DNA of 30,927 bases. It comes from a candidate division FCPU426 bacterium (lineage in GTDB: Bacteria; Oederibacteriota; Muellerivitia; Muellerivitales; Muellerivitaceae). The stretch lies in NCBI GenBank assembly GCA_963830915.1, contig CAWHOE010000050.1, positions 1 to 30,927 on the forward strand. The letters run 5' to 3'. The translations under genes and the position numbers were made by a program. The notes beneath the pieces are model-generated. The model saw only the letters and a list, made by a program, of their open reading frames with translations, did not search any database and was not told the DNA's origin. Positions 19,645 to 28,398 of the stretch are shown here, piece after piece. Within the stretch, counting starts at the first letter, position 1; each line of letters opens with the position of its first letter.

Positions 19645-20736
19645 TTGGGGAGAGCATCATTGGTCATTGGAAAAAGGCTTTGGTTATTGATCACTAGTTG
19701 GATAGTTTCGACCGCTTTTCCCGCTTTTCCTCAGGAGATCCTTTTTCATAACGAACTCACGTTCTATGACGAACAGGCGGAATTCAATGGACCCTATCGG
19801 AATGAAGAGTCCCTGTTCGGTCAACAGATAAAATCACTGTTTAAAGTGGTCAAGGGGCCACGAACCGAGTTCGAGGCGGGGGTTTTCGCCGATCATCCGA
19901 GCGCCATGGATCCATCCTTTCAAGTCCAGCCCCTACTGACCTTTGAATACCACTCTTCAACGACCCGCTTGTTATTCGGTACTTTGGACAGCCAAGACCG
20001 TCATGGGTATTTAGAACCATTGGAAGCGGAAGATGATGAGATCACCAGGCCTGTGGAATACGGTCTTCAATGGATCGAGGAAGAGGATCATTACCGTGGG
20101 GATTTTTTCCTGAATTGGCAAAAGCTCAATATCGTGGACCAGCCCGAGGTGTTCGATTATGGTTTCGTGGCAAAAGGTTCGACCAGTCCAACAATGGACC
20201 TGGAACTCCAATTCCACGGCCATCATGAGGGAGGAAAGTTGTATTTCATCCATGTGATCAACAATTACGTGCCCGCATTGGGAATCAAGGCGCATGGGGA
20301 TTTGGGTCCTTTGGGGGAAGGCTCTTTTGGGGTATTCGCCCTAGCCAGCAGTGATTTTGAGGGACAATTCATCACTGGGCCGGATTGGGGAAGGGGATTG
20401 TACGCGAAAGGCGTGATCCATCCGGGGGGATGGTTCGGGATATATGGGATTTATTGGAATGGCCGGAACTTTTATTCTGAAGAGGGGGATAATAACTACA
20501 ATTCCCAGGGTTTGGAACCTGCCTTTTACCGAACAGATCGCATTTATGAGGAGCTCGGATTGAGCAAGACCATTACGGATGATAAGAGTTATTCGATCGA
20601 AGCGGAACTCAGATCCCATTGGATGGATGAGTTTTGGGCCTATTCGGCTCGGTTGGTCGCGCGGGTCGCATTGGATGTGGAAGTTCCGTTGAAAGAAAAA
20701 AACAGTAAGAAGGATGGTGCGACCGATGTTCCATAA
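19645..20736 (+). CDS. Hypothetical exported protein, probable beta-barrel (paralog 1)
   Basis: N-terminal hydrophobic signal, alternating aromatic/polar strands and motif-level similarity to the next gene. The start codon is uncertain. Confidence 0.7.
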   Translation: MGRASLVIGKRLWLLITSWIVSTAFPAFPQEILFHNELTFYDEQAEFNGPYRNEESLFGQQIKSLFKVVKGPRTEFEAGVFADHPSAMDPSFQVQPLLTFEYHSSTTRLLFGTLDSQDRHGYLEPLEAEDDEITRPVEYGLQWIEEEDHYRGDFFLNWQKLNIVDQPEVFDYGFVAKGSTSPTMDLELQFHGHHEGGKLYFIHVINNYVPALGIKAHGDLGPLGEGSFGVFALASSDFEGQFITGPDWGRGLYAKGVIHPGGWFGIYGIYWNGRNFYSEEGDNNYNSQGLEPAFYRTDRIYEELGLSKTITDDKSYSIEAELRSHWMDEFWAYSARLVARVALDVEVPLKEKNSKKDGATDVP

Positions 20737-21778
20737 CAAAAAAGCGGGGTGGATCCTGGGATGCCTTTGGATCGTGGGGGGACTGGCCCAGGCGGGTGAC
20801 ATCGACCTTATGAACCAGTTTACCTTTTACGGAGACAATACCGAATTCTTCGAGCCTTTTCGGGTTCGGGAGACCATTCTTGGTCAGCAGTTCAAAAGTT
20901 ATTTAGATGGGGCGGTCGGGGATCATACCTTTCTTTGGGGAGGGATCTTCGCGGACCATCGGAGCGCCCAAGATACCGCTACGGAGGTCCAACCCATCCT
21001 TTCCTTTATCTATCGTACCGATGAATCGGAAGGGGTTCTTGGAACAATTCAACCCGTTGCCCGTCACGGCTTGATCGAACCCATGGAAGTGACAACCTTG
21101 GAGTTGACCCGTCCGATCGAGTACGGTCTGCAATGGATCCAAAAGGACTCGTTCCTCCATATGGACGCATTCTTGGATTGGCAACAACTCCTTAGTCCGG
21201 CAGATCGGGAAGTGTTCGACTATGGGGGATCGGCCATCCTTCCTTTGGACGATCTTTTCGCTTTTGAGGCACAGATTCATGGTTACCATATTGGCGGCGC
21301 TATGTATGGTGGTCTAGTCCGGAACAACCTGGCGGGAGGGATCGGTCTGAAGATACAAACCCATCCGCAGGAACTGGGCAAGACCTATCTGGAAGTTTAC
21401 GCGCTGGGAAGCAAGGATACGAACCGGCCTCTTTATCCCGGCCCCACTCTGGGTTCCGGCCTTTATACCAAACTTTCCTTTTCTCCAGATAACGCATGGG
21501 AATTCTTCGGCATTTCCTGGTTCGGACAGGACTATATGTCGGAAGAAGGGGACTCGAATTACAATTCGCTCGGCGCGGACGGGGTCTATTACAAGTCCAG
21601 CCGCACTTACGAAGAACTGGGCATCAGACGTTTCGTTGAGATCGAGTCGGGAGTCACCTTCGATTTCGAATTGAGGTCCCATTGGATCGAGGATGCCTGG
21701 GCCAATTCATTCCGGATCGTCGCCCAGGTGCCTTTCGACCTGGGTGTCATGACGGTTCCTTCCAAAAAAACCGAATAA
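20726..21778 (+). CDS. Hypothetical exported protein, probable beta-barrel (paralog 2)
   Basis: Signal peptide ending AQA. Shares GQQxKS, GxFADH, RHGxxEP, TRPxEYGLQWI, EVFDYG, HGxHxGG, SEEGDxNYNS, YEELG and ELRSHW with paralog 1. Confidence 0.75.
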   Translation: MFHNKKAGWILGCLWIVGGLAQAGDIDLMNQFTFYGDNTEFFEPFRVRETILGQQFKSYLDGAVGDHTFLWGGIFADHRSAQDTATEVQPILSFIYRTDESEGVLGTIQPVARHGLIEPMEVTTLELTRPIEYGLQWIQKDSFLHMDAFLDWQQLLSPADREVFDYGGSAILPLDDLFAFEAQIHGYHIGGAMYGGLVRNNLAGGIGLKIQTHPQELGKTYLEVYALGSKDTNRPLYPGPTLGSGLYTKLSFSPDNAWEFFGISWFGQDYMSEEGDSNYNSLGADGVYYKSSRTYEELGIRRFVEIESGVTFDFELRSHWIEDAWANSFRIVAQVPFDLGVMTVPSKKTE

Positions 21779-21786
21779 AGGACGCT

Positions 21787-23100
21787 ATGAGCCTCGTTGG
21801 ATCAAAAGTAAAAGCCACGATCGCATTCACAACCCTGGGATGCCGAGTGAACCAATATGATACCCAAGCTTTGAAGGAGCAGATGGAAAGGGCTTCTTTT
21901 CGATCGGTCCCGTTCGAGGAAAGCGCGGATATCTATGTTATCAATACCTGCACGGTGACGGCGGCGGCGGACGCTGAAGGTAAGATGCTGGTTCGGCGGG
22001 CCAAAACAAGGAACCCCAACTCTTTCGTCGTGGTGACTGGATGCCTTGCCGAGGACAGGCCCGAGGAGGTAGCTGGGCTATCGGGAGTCGACCTGGTCGT
22101 AGGCAACAAAGAAAAATACCTGCTTTTGAATAAGATCGCTTCACGCTATTCCAACATCCTGGATGAAAACAAGATGGAGGCTGATCCCTGGAATGGTGGC
22201 ATCTCCCGATTTGACGGCCACCAAAGAGCCACGGTCAAGGTCCAGGAGGGATGCAATTTCGCTTGCGCATTCTGTCTCATTCCCCGAGTCCGCGGTTCCG
22301 TGATCTCCCGGCCTGTCTTGGACATACTGGAGGAAGGGAAACGGTTGGCCGCCAATGGGGTGAAAGAACTGGTCCTGACCGGCATCCAACTTTCCTCTTA
22401 TGGCAGGGATCGGGGACTTAAGGCCAGCGAGCCTCGGTTGGCGCCTGTCATCGAAGGTCTTCTCGCCCTATCCGGGATCCAAAGGGTCCGTTTGTCATCC
22501 TACGCCGTGGCCGATTTCGAGGACGCTCTCCTGCCGCTGTGGAAAAACAAGGTAGGGCTTTGTTCCCATCTGCACTTGCCGCTCCAATCGGGGGATGAAT
22601 CCATGCTGAAAGCCATGAGAAGGCCCTATCGATTGGAAGATTACCGCCAAACCGTCCATAAGATCCGGGAGGTTTGCCCGGAATTAGGACTCACAACCGA
22701 TATTATCGCCGGCTTCCCGGGGGAAACGGAAGAAGCCTTTGGGAACACCATGGATCGGATACAGGAATTCGATTTCGCGGACCTTCATCCCTTCCCCTAT
22801 TCGGACAGGCCCGGGACCCCGGGCGAGGCGATGGAACCCAAAGTCCGGGAGGGGGTCACCCACGCGAGGATGAAACGATTGTGGAAAGTGAAACGGGAGC
22901 GGATCGAGGGAAAAGCCCGTAAGGCGGAAGCTAAAACCTACCCGATCATCGTGGAACGATTCAATGAAAGACTTCAATCGGGGCTGACCGAGGACGGCCT
23001 TCGAGTGGTATTCCCATACTCGAAAGACCTTTTGGGACGGGAAGCGTATGTCATGGTCACAGGGATCGAGAAAGGACAAGCCCTTGGCCGGATCCTCTAA
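21787..23100 (+). CDS. mtaB: tRNA t6A37 methylthiotransferase
   Basis: TLGCRVNQYD, INTCTVT, radical-SAM CNFACAFC, HLHLPLQSG and HPFPYSDRPGTP. ATG at 21787. Confidence 0.9.
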   Translation: MSLVGSKVKATIAFTTLGCRVNQYDTQALKEQMERASFRSVPFEESADIYVINTCTVTAAADAEGKMLVRRAKTRNPNSFVVVTGCLAEDRPEEVAGLSGVDLVVGNKEKYLLLNKIASRYSNILDENKMEADPWNGGISRFDGHQRATVKVQEGCNFACAFCLIPRVRGSVISRPVLDILEEGKRLAANGVKELVLTGIQLSSYGRDRGLKASEPRLAPVIEGLLALSGIQRVRLSSYAVADFEDALLPLWKNKVGLCSHLHLPLQSGDESMLKAMRRPYRLEDYRQTVHKIREVCPELGLTTDIIAGFPGETEEAFGNTMDRIQEFDFADLHPFPYSDRPGTPGEAMEPKVREGVTHARMKRLWKVKRERIEGKARKAEAKTYPIIVERFNERLQSGLTEDGLRVVFPYSKDLLGREAYVMVTGIEKGQALGRIL

Positions 23101-23110
23101 AACCCAACCC

Positions 23111-23716
23111 TTGAGCGCGTTCGATCGGCTTTATCTTTGGTTCTTCTATTTGATGCGCTCCTTCCAATATGACCTGCCGGAAAACCGCGTAGGATGGAGG
23201 TCGCGGCACAATCAGGAGATCCGTTTCCGCCTCTTGACCGGGATCGGGGATATCAACGGTAAATCCATCCTGGACCTGGGCTGTGGCTTGGGATGTTTCT
23301 ATGGTTACCTCAAAGCCCGGGGTTGGCATGGGGATTACACGGGGATGGATACCTTGGACCTGATGGTCAAGGGAGCCCGCCGGCGATATCCGGGCGTGAA
23401 ATTCGAGAAACACGATATCCTTGAAAATCCGCCCCATCAGCGATGGGATTACCTGTTCATCAGCGGGGTTTTCAATCACAGGGTGAGAGACAATTGGGCC
23501 TGGGTGGAACAAATGGTGGGGGCGGCCTTTGGATCGGTGGATAAAGGCCTGGCGTTCAATATCCTCAGCGCCGATTGTCCGTGGAAAGACGGGGACCTGT
23601 TCTACGCCGACCCGTCCGTCCTGGAAGATAAGGTGAAGCTCTGGACCGGCGGGAAATATAAAATAGTGAAGGGGTACCTGCCGGGAGAGGATATGACAGT
23701 TTACCTCTATAAGTGA
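23111..23716 (+). CDS. Class I SAM-dependent methyltransferase
   Basis: SILDLGCGLG, YTGMD and DYLFISGVFN. The start is uncertain (TTG 23111). Confidence 0.85.
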   Translation: MSAFDRLYLWFFYLMRSFQYDLPENRVGWRSRHNQEIRFRLLTGIGDINGKSILDLGCGLGCFYGYLKARGWHGDYTGMDTLDLMVKGARRRYPGVKFEKHDILENPPHQRWDYLFISGVFNHRVRDNWAWVEQMVGAAFGSVDKGLAFNILSADCPWKDGDLFYADPSVLEDKVKLWTGGKYKIVKGYLPGEDMTVYLYK

Positions 23717-23774
23717 TATGATTAAGAGCGTCAACCGAGCCGTCGATCACCGAAGCCGATGAAAGGACAGCCCC

Positions 23775-24113
23775 ATGGATTGCTTGTTCTGCAAACTCAT
23801 CCGCCGGGAAAAACCCGCCAATATCGTTTATGAGGATGAATCGGTCTTCGCTTTCACGGACATCAAACCGGTGGCTCCCGTCCATGTGTTGTTGATCCCG
23901 AAAGAACATTTTGAGACGATCGCCGACGTACCCGAGGGGTCACCCCTCATGGCGGTCCTGACGGACCGGGCGGTCAAGATCGCCGACCAACTGGGTTTGT
24001 CCCGGGACGGTTTCCGGCTGGTCCTTAATAACGGGGATAATGGGGGGCAGACCGTTTATCACCTTCACATCCACCTGCTGGGAGGCCGGTTCATGACCTG
24101 GCCCCCTGGTTGA
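23775..24113 (+). CDS. hinT: Histidine triad nucleotide-binding protein (HinT family)
   Basis: DCLFCK, DIKPVAPVHVLLIPKEH and GQTVYHLHIHLLGGR.MTWPPG. Confidence 0.95.
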   Translation: MDCLFCKLIRREKPANIVYEDESVFAFTDIKPVAPVHVLLIPKEHFETIADVPEGSPLMAVLTDRAVKIADQLGLSRDGFRLVLNNGDNGGQTVYHLHIHLLGGRFMTWPPG

Positions 24114-24150
24114 ATGGGGTTTTTCCCTGTTTTTACCCTTCTCCAGTCGC

Positions 24151-24179
24151 TTGACGACCACCCTTTAAAAGTTTAAACT
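24151..24179 (+). promoter_or_regulatory. sigma-70 promoter of rpsU
   Basis: TTGACG-17 bp-TAAACT. Confidence 0.7.
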
Positions 24180-24248
24180 CCTCTTCCCTGTAAGCCCTTG
24201 GGCGATCCAGGGTTTTCCTATCCCACCCATAGAGGGGAGAGTGACCAC

Positions 24249-24449
24249 GTGGTCGAAGTAAGACTAGAAGAAAACGAACCGATCGAGAACGCGCTGAAGC
24301 GTTTCAAGAAAGTCGTTCAGAATTCCGGCTTGATCTCGGAAATGAAGAAACGGGAGTTCTACGAGAAGCCCAGTGAACGACGCAAGAAGCGCGAGGCCGC
24401 GGCCCGCAAGAAGGCCCGCCGACGGGCCATGAAGTTTCGCAGCGAGTAA
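24249..24449 (+). CDS. rpsU: 30S ribosomal protein S21
   Basis: GTG start, then ENEPIENALKRFKK and EMKKREFYEKPSERRK. Confidence 0.97.
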   Translation: MVEVRLEENEPIENALKRFKKVVQNSGLISEMKKREFYEKPSERRKKREAAARKKARRRAMKFRSE

Positions 24450-24459
24450 AGTTTGACCG

Positions 24460-24489
24460 GCCCGCCCCTTTCTGGGGCGGGCTTTTTTT
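24460..24489 (+). terminator. Rho-independent terminator
   Basis: GCCCGCCCC-TTTCT-GGGGCGGGC-TTTTTTT. Confidence 0.9.
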
Positions 24490-24544
24490 ATCCCGCATCC
24501 GGCGCGACACGCCGAATCCCCAGACGCAACAAAACGGAGGACAT

Positions 24545-24994
24545 ATGGCTTCCCCATTATTCGACAAGATCAACGCCGACCTCATCGTGGCCATGAAGGC
24601 CAAGAACGAGAATGTGGTCTCGGCCCTGCGGATGCTCAAATCCGCCATCAAGTACAAGGAAGTGGACCTGAAGAGGGAAGTGACCGACGAGGACGTGATC
24701 GACGTGCTTTCCAAGCAGGCCAAACAGCGCAAGGAATCCATCGAGGGTTTCGAGAAGGGCGGCCGGGCGGAAAGCGCGGCGAAAGAGAAAGCCGAATTGG
24801 CCCTCATCGAGACCTTCCTGCCGGCGGCCCTGACCGACGAGGAATTGTCCAAATTGGTCGCCGAAGCCGTACAAGCCACGGGTGCGGCCGGTCCCAAGGA
24901 CATGGGGAAGGTGATGGGATGGCTCAATCCCAAGATCAAGGGTAAGGCCGATATGGGCAAGGTCAGCGCCCAGGTAAAATCCAAACTCGGGTGA
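24545..24994 (+). CDS. yqeY: GatB/YqeY domain protein
   Basis: AMKAK...LRMLKSAIK, KQRKESIE.F..GGR and DMGKVMG. Conserved position after rpsU. Confidence 0.95.
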   Translation: MASPLFDKINADLIVAMKAKNENVVSALRMLKSAIKYKEVDLKREVTDEDVIDVLSKQAKQRKESIEGFEKGGRAESAAKEKAELALIETFLPAALTDEELSKLVAEAVQATGAAGPKDMGKVMGWLNPKIKGKADMGKVSAQVKSKLG

Positions 24995-25010
24995 GACACG
25001 CCGGTCCTTT

Positions 25011-25634
25011 ATGATCCTCTCCCAAAAATTCTACGCTCGTCACACGGCCCAGGTCGCCCGCGACCTGTTGGGCCAGATCCTCGTCCATGAGACTCTGCAA
25101 GGCACAGCGTCAGGCCGGATCATCGAGGTGGAGGCTTATCTTCCCAAGAACGACCCCGGATGCCACGCGGCTAGGGGTAAGACCCCACGCAACGAAGTGC
25201 TTTTCGGACCGCCAGGCCAGGCCTACGTTTATTTCTGCTATGGCGCTCATTTTCTTTTCAATGTGGTCACGGAGAAGGACGGCACGGCCGGGGCGGTGCT
25301 CATCCGAGCCCTGGAGCCGGTCGAGGGCATGGGATTGATGGGTCAAAGACGTCGCCATCCATCCGGGTTTGGTTTGACCAATGGCCCGGGGAAATTGGTC
25401 CAGGCGCTGGGCATAGGCGGGGAACACAATCGCGCCCCCATTTGGAGGAAACCCCTCTATATTAGAAAGGCTGAACGCCAAGAGGCCATCGGGGTCACGA
25501 CCCGGGTTGGTCTAAGCGAAGGGGCCGAACTGCCTTTGAGATTCTTCCTGAGGGGGAATCCCTATCTGTCGGTGAAGCCGGGGGCGGAGCGGCCTTCCGA
25601 AAATTGCAAAAGGACCGCCAAAGGTTCGAGATAA
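25011..25634 (+). CDS. mpg: DNA-3-methyladenine glycosylase (MPG/AAG family)
   Basis: VARDLLG, GRIIEVEAY, PPGQAYVYFCYG, AVLIRALEP and NGPGKL. Confidence 0.93.
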   Translation: MILSQKFYARHTAQVARDLLGQILVHETLQGTASGRIIEVEAYLPKNDPGCHAARGKTPRNEVLFGPPGQAYVYFCYGAHFLFNVVTEKDGTAGAVLIRALEPVEGMGLMGQRRRHPSGFGLTNGPGKLVQALGIGGEHNRAPIWRKPLYIRKAERQEAIGVTTRVGLSEGAELPLRFFLRGNPYLSVKPGAERPSENCKRTAKGSR

Positions 25635-25691
25635 AGCCGGGTCGGAACAGGACAGGGACGAGCATTCAACGCCAATGTGAAAGGGACTGGA

Positions 25692-25839
25692 ATGCCGGTT
25701 TATGCTTTGGATGGAAAATGGAAATTCCGCGTAGCCGGTCCCTTGAAGGGAAAGGCTCCCCGTCACCTGAAATTGGACCAATGGATGGACGCCCCCATGC
25801 CGGGAACGCTCCACTTTCCCCTTCAAAAGCTGGGAAAGA
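25692..25839 (+). CDS. N-terminal fragment of a GH2 (beta-mannosidase-like) glycoside hydrolase, cut off at the junction
   Basis: MPVYALDGKWKF...WMDAPMPGTLH..LQKLGK resembles GH2 N-terminal sugar-binding domains. The similarity stops at about 25,840. Confidence 0.55.
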
Positions 25840-25879
25840 AGCAATGGTTATGTGCATCTTACTTGGTTCAGTTCGTGTT
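25840..25879. other. Oxford Nanopore ligation-adapter-like sequence marking a chimeric junction
   Basis: AGCAAT (25840-25845, adapter complement start), then TACTTGGTTCAGTTCGTGTT (25860-25879) versus the ONT adapter TACTTCGTTCAGTTACGTATT. Genes on both sides are truncated here. Confidence 0.8.
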
Positions 25880-26648
25880 AACAGGTCGACGTTGCTCAGT
25901 TGATACACGCCCCCCGTTCCGCTGGTGGGCAGCAACGCCGTTTCAAAATCTCCGGGCGTTGTGGTCGAGGTACTGGGATGGATCGGCGCCGACGCCCCAT
26001 CGGTCCCGCTCTGCAGCTGTGTTGCCTGCGGATAAGCCGGCAGTGAGGAAGGTACTGGCACAGGCTGCGTCGTGTCGGCTGGCGGAGCTGTCGGGCTCGC
26101 CGGCACCGTCGCCGTGATGTAGTTTGAGCTGTTCGCCAGCACGTCTACCACATAGCGGCCCTGCGCGTCCGCGCTCGACATGCTCAGGTTCTCGAACGAC
26201 TCCACCACACTCCACGTCGTCGCGCCCTTCGGACTGTAGACCAGCTGCAGCCGGAACCGCCCGTTCCTCCAGACTGATTCTTAATCGCGATCCAGTAGTC
26301 GTTACCCCACGCTCCGGGATCGAGCGCCGTCACTGTGATCGAGTTCGGCGCCGTACCCACGGTCACCTTCGCCGCGCCCGCATCGGAGTTCGTCAGCCGC
26401 ACGATGTAGGCCTGTTGCCCCCCATTCGCAAAGAACTGCGAGACGGAGTAGCCCAGCACACTGCGTGCATCGAGCCCGCCAAACTGATTGTTGAAGTCCG
26501 CCCAACTCAGCACCAGAGTCGGCGTCAACGGCCCCTGGGGTGCCCACCCTGCAAAGGCTGCAATCGAAGTAGCCACTCCCGTGATGGTGTGGACTGCGCT
26601 CGGGAGTCCCTCGATATAGACGCCCGGATAAGTGGTCGTAACCGGCAT
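25880..26648 (-). CDS. Contractile phage-tail sheath family protein (eCIS/Afp-PVC-like), 5' part; frameshifted near 26,260 and truncated at the junction
   Basis: MPVTTTYPGVYIE, ITGVATSIAAFAGWAPQGP, SWADF...FGG and FFANGG..AYIVRL. It continues in the 25666-26208 frame (ESFENLS, LQSGTDG, GVYQLSNVDL). Confidence 0.9.
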
Positions 26649-26739
26649 GGCTGCTCTCCTTTCCTCTTTCCTGATTCCTCGTCCTCAATTCCTCACCGAC
26701 GCCGCGGTTTTCGTTCCTGGTCGCATGCGCGTCGCCTTC

Positions 26740-26980
26740 ATGAGCTCGTCTATCGGGCCCGGCGCTCCGCAGTTGCAGCTTCGCGATCGGCACAACCATC
26801 GTTTGCCGCGCCACCACCTCCACAATCGCGAAGATCCGCGGCTTCATCCCCGAGTCGGAAAAATCCACCACCGTCCCCTCCAGTTCCTCGTTCGAACTGA
26901 GGATGCGTTGCAGTTCGTCGTGAACCGGGCAGAAAGACATCCGCTGCGTGAAAACGGACGATGTCGCCCTGGCGTACCAC
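26740..26980 (-). CDS. Small hypothetical protein (frameshifted) immediately upstream of the sheath gene
   Basis: AGGAGG SD then GTG at 26980 (VRQGDIVRFHAADVFLPG), continuing after a shift near 26,925 as DELQRILSSNEELEGTVVDFSDSGMKPRIFAIVEVVARQTMVVPIAKL. The 3' end is uncertain. Confidence 0.55.
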
Positions 26981-27011
26981 ATGACCTCCTCGAGGTTCGG
27001 CACCGCGCTGT

Positions 27012-27027
27012 TGCACGCTAGCCGCCA
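27012..27027 (-). promoter_or_regulatory. Putative sigma-54 (-24/-12) promoter
   Basis: Minus strand TGGCGGCTAGCGTGCA has GG and GC at the canonical TGGC-N8-TGCA spacing, about 30 bp upstream of the GTG start. Confidence 0.6.
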
Positions 27028-27100
27028 CACGCAGTGTGCATTGTTGAAATCCCGGCGATTGCAGTGCACCCGCACCAGGAGCGTCTTTGCTCTCAGCTCT

Positions 27101-27127
27101 TTTTCAGCGAAAGGTTTCGCCTGAAAA
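27101..27127. promoter_or_regulatory. Imperfect inverted repeat, candidate enhancer (UAS)
   Basis: TTTTCAGCGAAA-GG-TTTCGCCTGAAAA, about 75-100 bp upstream of the -24 element. Confidence 0.4.
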
Positions 27128-27352
27128 GGCGCAGCCCTCACGCAACCGAAGCAGTGCGTGCCGGCATTCCACGCTGGCAAAGCCCCGCAGTGCCCCTGCA
27201 AAATTTCGCGTATCAAGCCCCGGTGCGCGGGGCGCAGCGGGGCTTCAGACAAACATGGGATGTATTCAGGAATCGATATTGCTACACGCTGGACGCAGAG
27301 AAGATGAACTATCCGGGAGAATGGCTACACGAGCGGCCAGGTGTGCCGGGGG

Positions 27353-28398
27353 TTACTCGAATCGGTTCGCAGTCATGCCATGCGCGCGCATTTTGTAATA
27401 AAGGGCACGCTCGCTGATGTTCAGCCGTTGCGCAATGCCGCGCCGGGTCGAGCCGGGCATGGCGACTGCGGCCTGCAACACCCGCTTTTCAATCTCCATG
27501 AGTGCCTTGTCATAGCCGACACCGCAGGAGGAAATCGTTTGCCACACGGCGCTCGCTGACTCCGCCAGCAATTCGGTCCCATCCCGCATTGCGTCGGGAC
27601 CCTGCTGGCGTATCCAGTCGTCGAGATTGAGTGTGGAACCTTCCGTCTTCAGGAAAAGCATGCGCTGCACCGCATTCTCCAGTTCGCGCACGTTGCCCGG
27701 GAGGGGCTGAAACTCCAGCATCCGCAGCAACTCCCGTTCAATGCTGACGATGGGTCCATAGATAGAACAGTGACGCTGGGCAAAGGCGAGCATCAGGGTG
27801 GCAAGTTCGGCGCGCCGCGCTCGGAGCGGCGGCAAACAGCCGCACCACATTCAGGCGGTGATAAAGGTCCGCGCGAAAACGGCCTTCGCGGACTGCCTGG
27901 TCCAGCGGACGATTGGCCGCCGCAATGACCCGCACATCGACCGAGATTTCCGCGTCGGAGCCGACCGGGCGCAGCGTGCCGCGCTGCAGCACGTCCAGAA
28001 GTTTCGCCTGAAGGGGCAGCGCCAGATCGTTCACGTCGTCGAGGAACAGCGTCCCACGGTGGGCGGCCTGGAAAAGCCCTTTACGATGCGCGACGGCGCC
28101 CGAAAACGCCCCCTCGCTGGTGTCCGAAAAGTTCGCTCTCCGCCAGAGCTTCGCTGATCGTGCTGCAGTGAACCGTGACGAAGGGAAACGACCTTCGCTT
28201 GTTGTCCAGGAACCGAATGGCATTAGCCAGAACCTGCTTGCCGGTCCCCGTTTCTCCTTCGATCAGAACCGTGACATCGCTCACGTCGGCGGCTTTCCGC
28301 GTACGCTGCAAAAGCGGAATCAATCCATCCGAGCCAGTAACGAAACCCAGCTCGCAGAAGACATGCCGCAGTTCCTTCATCGAGAGCTCGTCTTCCAT
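27353..28398 (-). CDS. sigma-54-dependent enhancer-binding protein (AAA+ plus Fis-type HTH, no N-terminal sensory domain); two frameshifts
   Basis: GETGTGK (Walker A), ESELFGH-xx-[14 protein letters not shown] (Walker B), [25 protein letters not shown] and [19 protein letters not shown]. Shifts occur at the C5 run 28109-28113 and near 27,835. ATG 28398 follows GGAGG. Confidence 0.92.

Noticed and set aside
25666..26117. ORFs crossing the junction (25677..26117 + and the tail of 25666..26208 -) as novel fusion proteins
   Set aside because: They read through the adapter-like sequence into unrelated DNA and are artefacts of the chimera.
26302..27252. 316-aa minus-strand ORF as one real protein
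   Set aside because: It spans the promoter region and overlaps the sheath gene out of frame. Only the central ~60 aa look coding.
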